From an uncultured delta proteobacterium (GTDB taxonomy: Bacteria > Desulfobacterota > WTBG01 > CAIYCZ01), in contig CAWDOY010000001.1 in NCBI GenBank assembly GCA_963803975.1, positions 1 through 64,000 on the forward strand: a stretch of DNA of 64,000 nt, given 5' to 3'. The position numbers were made by a program, and so were the translations under genes. Below are positions 60,437 through 64,000 of this stretch, one piece after another. The notes beneath the pieces were generated by a model, which was not told the DNA's origin, ran no database searches, and saw nothing but the letters and a program-made list of their open reading frames with translations. Position 1 is the stretch's first letter; every line of letters begins with the position of its first letter.

Positions 60437-61945
60437 TTATTTTAGCAATTTGCTTTTCACCAATCCCCTGAGCGCAGCTTCATAACGGGTGCCTTCGATA
60501 AACTTGTTTAATCTCCTCCGCACGATATCTCCAAAGCCATAGCCAACCACGTTCAGCCCGGCCCGGATGGTATTGCCAATGCTTCTGGGACTGGTGATAA
60601 ATTTAAAGACATAGCGGGCAATCACCTGTGGCCGCAGATAAAATTTCCGGTACATTTTCCGGTGGTTATTTATGAGATCCTGCTTGGTGAGCCCGGCGGG
60701 GATAAAAGCCGGTTCCCAGAAGCCGAGCTTTTTCCAGTCGCGCTCGAATTGGCCATACTGTTCAGCTGTTTTAAAAAGTTCCGCTCCCGGCATGGGGGTA
60801 CAAAAGGTTACATGAAAGTCTCTGAGGCCGCTTTCAGTAATAAACCGGGTTGTCTTTGCCATCGTCTCCAAAGTTTCGCCGGGGCAGCCGATCATGAAAT
60901 AGCCCCGTGAGTGAATTCCTGCTTCATTGGTTTTCCGGATCATTTCCGCAACTTTTTCTATGGTGGTCCTCTTTTTGAGATTATCCAGTATCTTCTGGTC
61001 GGCACTTTCAATGCCATAGGCAATCTGCCAGCACCCGGCGCGTTTTATGAACCTGAAGAAATCGTCGGGCATGATATCGGTTCTTGCCAGGCAGGACCAG
61101 CTGAGTTTGTAGTTCCTTCTGAGGATTTCTTCACAGATTTTGGTCACCCGCTTTCTATCAAGCAGGAAGTTGTCGTCGTAAAACATAATATCCCGGATGC
61201 CATAGACTTTCACCAGATGGTCAATCATCTCAATAGTGTTTTCAGCGCTGTGGCTCCGGTATTTTTCACCCATAAAGGGGCGGGCGCAGAAGGTACAGGT
61301 CCCGTTGCAGCCCCGTGAGGTAAGCAGTGTTGAGGACGGCAGCTGATAATAACTATGGGGTGATGGCTTGTAATATTTTGGCAGCGAGGGTATCAGGTCC
61401 CAGGCCGGGAACGGCAATGCATCCAGGTTTTCTATGTTGGCCCGGGGCGCGGAAAGAAGGACCTCAGCTCCTTTACGGTAGGCAATGCCCGGAATATCGC
61501 TGATAGCCCCGCCATTTTTATAGCAGGTTATTATCTCGGGGACCGTATATTCGCCTTCATTCAAAACCCCGATGTCAAATTCCTTAAACTCCTGCAGTGT
61601 TTCTGCCGGGAGAGAGGAAACATGGGGGCCTCCGATAAGAATGGGAACGGTAATGCCCTGCTTTTTTATTGCCGCTGCCAGTTCCCCTGCCCGCGTTATT
61701 GAGACGGTGGAAGCAGTTATGCCTATTAGTTCAGCATTGGCTTTGGCAATTTCTGTTAGGGTCCGGGGCAGGTCCATATCAAAGGCAGGCGCATCAAGGA
61801 TCTGCACGCTATAGCTTACCTGTCTCACTGTTGCCGCAATATAACAGAGACCCAGAGGCGGTGCCTGGCTGCCGACAGATGCAAAGCTCCCATAACGCTC
61901 TTCAAGGGTTATGGGAGGATTAATGAGCAATAAATCTTTTTTCAT
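60437..61945 (-). CDS. B12-binding radical SAM protein (BchE/HpnP-like superfamily)
   Basis: PPLGL.YIAA, GGPHVS, EGE, SRGCNGTCTFC, YDDNF, GIES, FMIG.PGET, TPMPG. Confidence 0.92.
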   Translation of the reverse strand: MKKDLLLINPPITLEERYGSFASVGSQAPPLGLCYIAATVRQVSYSVQILDAPAFDMDLPRTLTEIAKANAELIGITASTVSITRAGELAAAIKKQGITVPILIGGPHVSSLPAETLQEFKEFDIGVLNEGEYTVPEIITCYKNGGAISDIPGIAYRKGAEVLLSAPRANIENLDALPFPAWDLIPSLPKYYKPSPHSYYQLPSSTLLTSRGCNGTCTFCARPFMGEKYRSHSAENTIEMIDHLVKVYGIRDIMFYDDNFLLDRKRVTKICEEILRRNYKLSWSCLARTDIMPDDFFRFIKRAGCWQIAYGIESADQKILDNLKKRTTIEKVAEMIRKTNEAGIHSRGYFMIGCPGETLETMAKTTRFITESGLRDFHVTFCTPMPGAELFKTAEQYGQFERDWKKLGFWEPAFIPAGLTKQDLINNHRKMYRKFYLRPQVIARYVFKFITSPRSIGNTIRAGLNVVGYGFGDIVRRRLNKFIEGTRYEAALRGLVKSKLLK

Positions 61946-62350
61946 ATATTTAATTATTTTAATATGTATTTATTATATAGGCAAATCTTATTTGCGGATT
62001 TTTCTCTGTTCTGCTTTTATAATTTACCACTCTCTCCAGACTCCTATCATCTTTCGGAACAAAAAATATTTTTTTAAAGAAATCCTTTTTGCAAGACCAG
62101 AGATTGCTCTTTATAACAGTTTTCGATGAAATTTGTTGTTATTATTAATACCATAAAAACAAGTATCAGTACATACTACTTTTTAATCAAAAGCCGGGGC
62201 GTTATATAATAGACACCATGAAAAAAGCAGCTGAGGAAAATGGTTGAATAAAAAAGCAGTCAGGATATTATTAAAATTATGCAGGCCAATTAAATTTTTT
62301 AGCCCCATTGAGGTTTCTCCCTTCTCAGAGAGATGAACAGGAGCGGTGCA

Positions 62351-63145
62351 ATGCAGATAGCAGGTGTTCACGAGCTGGCAATAGCAAACACAAAAGTATT
62401 CGTCATTCAAGCGCAACAAAACGTGCTGGTTGATACCGGTTCCGGGCCTCTGCATGATGAGGTTATTGCCTTTCTGGAAAAGACTGGTTTTGCCTTTGAG
62501 AGTGAAGAGCAAAAAAAATTGATGAAGGAGGGGGCTTATGAAACGATTATCAGGTTTCTGCGGGAGAAAAAAATAACCATAGATGCCATCATCTGCACGC
62601 ACTGCCACAGCGACCATACCGGCAACTTAAAACAGCTGAAGGAATATCTCCAGGTGCCGGTTGCCCTGCACGGGCTTGACATCCCGGTCGTTGAGGGCAG
62701 GGAGCAGCCTGCGCCGCCGGCCTTTATCCCGCCGGAGATTCTTCAATACCTGAAGACTGTACCCTGCGCTGTTGAGCACGCTTTGCAGGACGGGGAGTTT
62801 TTTTGCGAAGACCTTCAGGTTATCCATGTGCCCGGCCATACCCCGGGGAGCATCTGTCTGCTCTACAAGAACCAGGCGCTCATAACCGGCGACTGTGTCA
62901 TAGGTAAAAGCACGGGTTTCCCCGCGCCGGGCAGGGATGAATTAAATCCCCCGGTTAAAATGTACAGCAGGGACTATGACCAGGCGGTGAAAAGCCTGCA
63001 CAAACTTCTTGCATATGATTTTGATGCACTATTACCCAGCCACGGCGCTTCACTCCGGGAAAAGGGAAAAGGAGCAGCTTATCACCATGCTGCAGAAACT
63101 ATAACAACAGCCTGGGAGAAAACCACTTTTTCAACAACCGGTTAA
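62351..63145 (+). CDS. MBL-fold metallo-hydrolase; true end probably near 63104 after a homopolymer frameshift
   Basis: LVDTG, THCHSDHTG, PGHTPG, TGD, PSHG. Confidence 0.85.
   Translation: MQIAGVHELAIANTKVFVIQAQQNVLVDTGSGPLHDEVIAFLEKTGFAFESEEQKKLMKEGAYETIIRFLREKKITIDAIICTHCHSDHTGNLKQLKEYLQVPVALHGLDIPVVEGREQPAPPAFIPPEILQYLKTVPCAVEHALQDGEFFCEDLQVIHVPGHTPGSICLLYKNQALITGDCVIGKSTGFPAPGRDELNPPVKMYSRDYDQAVKSLHKLLAYDFDALLPSHGASLREKGKGAAYHHAAETITTAWEKTTFSTTG
63107..63143 (+). repeat. Right-end fragment of the MITE-like repeat
   Basis: ACAGCCTGGGAGAAAACCACTTTTTCAACAACC versus CCAGCCCGGGAAAAACAACTTTTTCAACAACC at 32698. Confidence 0.6.
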
Positions 63146-63168
63146 AAATATAATTAAGGGGGAGCCTT

Positions 63169-63853
63169 ATGGGAAATGAGAATCAGATTGTCGCAATAGC
63201 CGGTGCTACCGGCAGAACAGGCCGGCTCATCGTACAGGAGCTGGCAGCCAGAGGTTATAACGTGCGGGCGCTGGTCCGCTCTGCTGCAGCCGCGTCTATT
63301 CAGCAGCAGAAGGGGATTGAGCTGGCGGAAGCTGATCTTTCCTCTACCGGAGTCGCTTGAGCGGACGCTCGAGGGAGCGGCGTTTCTTATCAGCGCCATC
63401 GGCTCAAAGAAGCCGTTCAGCGCCAGGGAAAACAATGCGGTTGACAACATGGGTAATCAGAACCTGGCCAGGGCAGCCTTGAAAAAGGGCCTGCAGCACA
63501 TGGTGGTCATCTCCTCCATTGGCACGGGGGACAGCAGATATGCCATTAGCTTTATGTTCAGGCTGCTTATGACCCCGGTGCTCAGGATGAAAGAAAAGTC
63601 AGAGGCGTTTATCCGGGGCTGCGGCATAAGTTATACTATTATCCGTCCCGGCGGCTTATCAGACAGAGAACTCACCGGGAAGGTGGCATTCGGCGAGGGC
63701 GGGAAAATATCGGGCATGGTCAGCAGGCAGGAGATTGCCCGGGTGTGCGTTGACGCGCTGAGCACGCCATCCATGAAAAACAGAACCCTTGAGGTCATCG
63801 ATGCCGCAACCCTGAAAGACGAGCACCGCCAGTTTATGGTAGAGGTGAAATAA
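63169..63853 (+). CDS. NAD(P)-binding atypical SDR (NAD_binding_10); frameshift near 63345
   Basis: IAGATGRTG, ALVRS; VD..GN.NL, ISSIG, YTIIRPGGL, VSRQEIA. Confidence 0.85.
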
Positions 63854-63888
63854 AATGTTCAATCTGTTTTTAAAGGCCGGTTTTTATT

Positions 63889-64000
63889 ATGTCCAAACAC
63901 TCCCATGAATTTGTTGAACACTATGAGGGGCTGATCGGTTTTGGCCTTGACCGTGAAACGGATGAGAACACGGTTGTATGCTATTTGCAGAAATTCTCTG
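63889..64000 (+). CDS. Small conserved cytoplasmic protein, truncated by window end
   Basis: MSKHSHEFVEHYEGLIGFGLDRETDENTVVCYLQKFS, open to the window edge. Confidence 0.5.
   Translation, partial: MSKHSHEFVEHYEGLIGFGLDRETDENTVVCYLQKFS

Overview
Bacterial chromosomal window, most consistent with an anaerobic Desulfobacterota/Syntrophales-type 'deltaproteobacterium'. This is inferred from leuS-lptE-holA-rpsT synteny, the aroA'/aroB'-type dehydroquinate genes, sigma-54 regulation and the repeat families. 1-24.9 kb: an AT-rich envelope glycosylation region with six GT-C-type membrane proteins, two GT2s, several methyltransferases, two FAD oxidoreductases, an NDP-sugar epimerase and an SGNH protein. 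It carries about 20 frameshifts, probably long-read indels, and a mobile-element scar at 7.4-7.6 kb (group IIC intron D5/D6 remnant plus att-like sequence). 23.5-27.6 kb: an ECF sigma/anti-sigma locus. 27.7-43 kb: housekeeping genes (mtaB, ald, ettA, leuS, lptE, holA, rpsT, ogt, M20 peptidase, aroA'/aroB') and a decaying MNT-HEPN array. 43.2-55.6 kb is the most interesting block, a candidate carboxylate-sensing signalling system. A membrane sCache_2-PAS-PAS-CBS-DUF294 nucleotidyltransferase is followed in frame by a metallophosphoesterase. A histidine kinase carries a near-identical copy of the same Cache sensor. Next come a sigma-54 regulator, an archaemetzincin, a GcvH-like protein lacking the lipoyl lysine, an OFA-family transporter and DUF485-ActP. 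The GcvH-like protein and the transporter tail share the peptide motif LGxTMxDGGxKI. 55.7-64 kb: pyrE, a MITE-like repeat, three tandem B12-binding radical SAM genes, an MBL-fold hydrolase and an NAD(P)-binding protein. All family calls are from motif recognition by eye; no searches were run.
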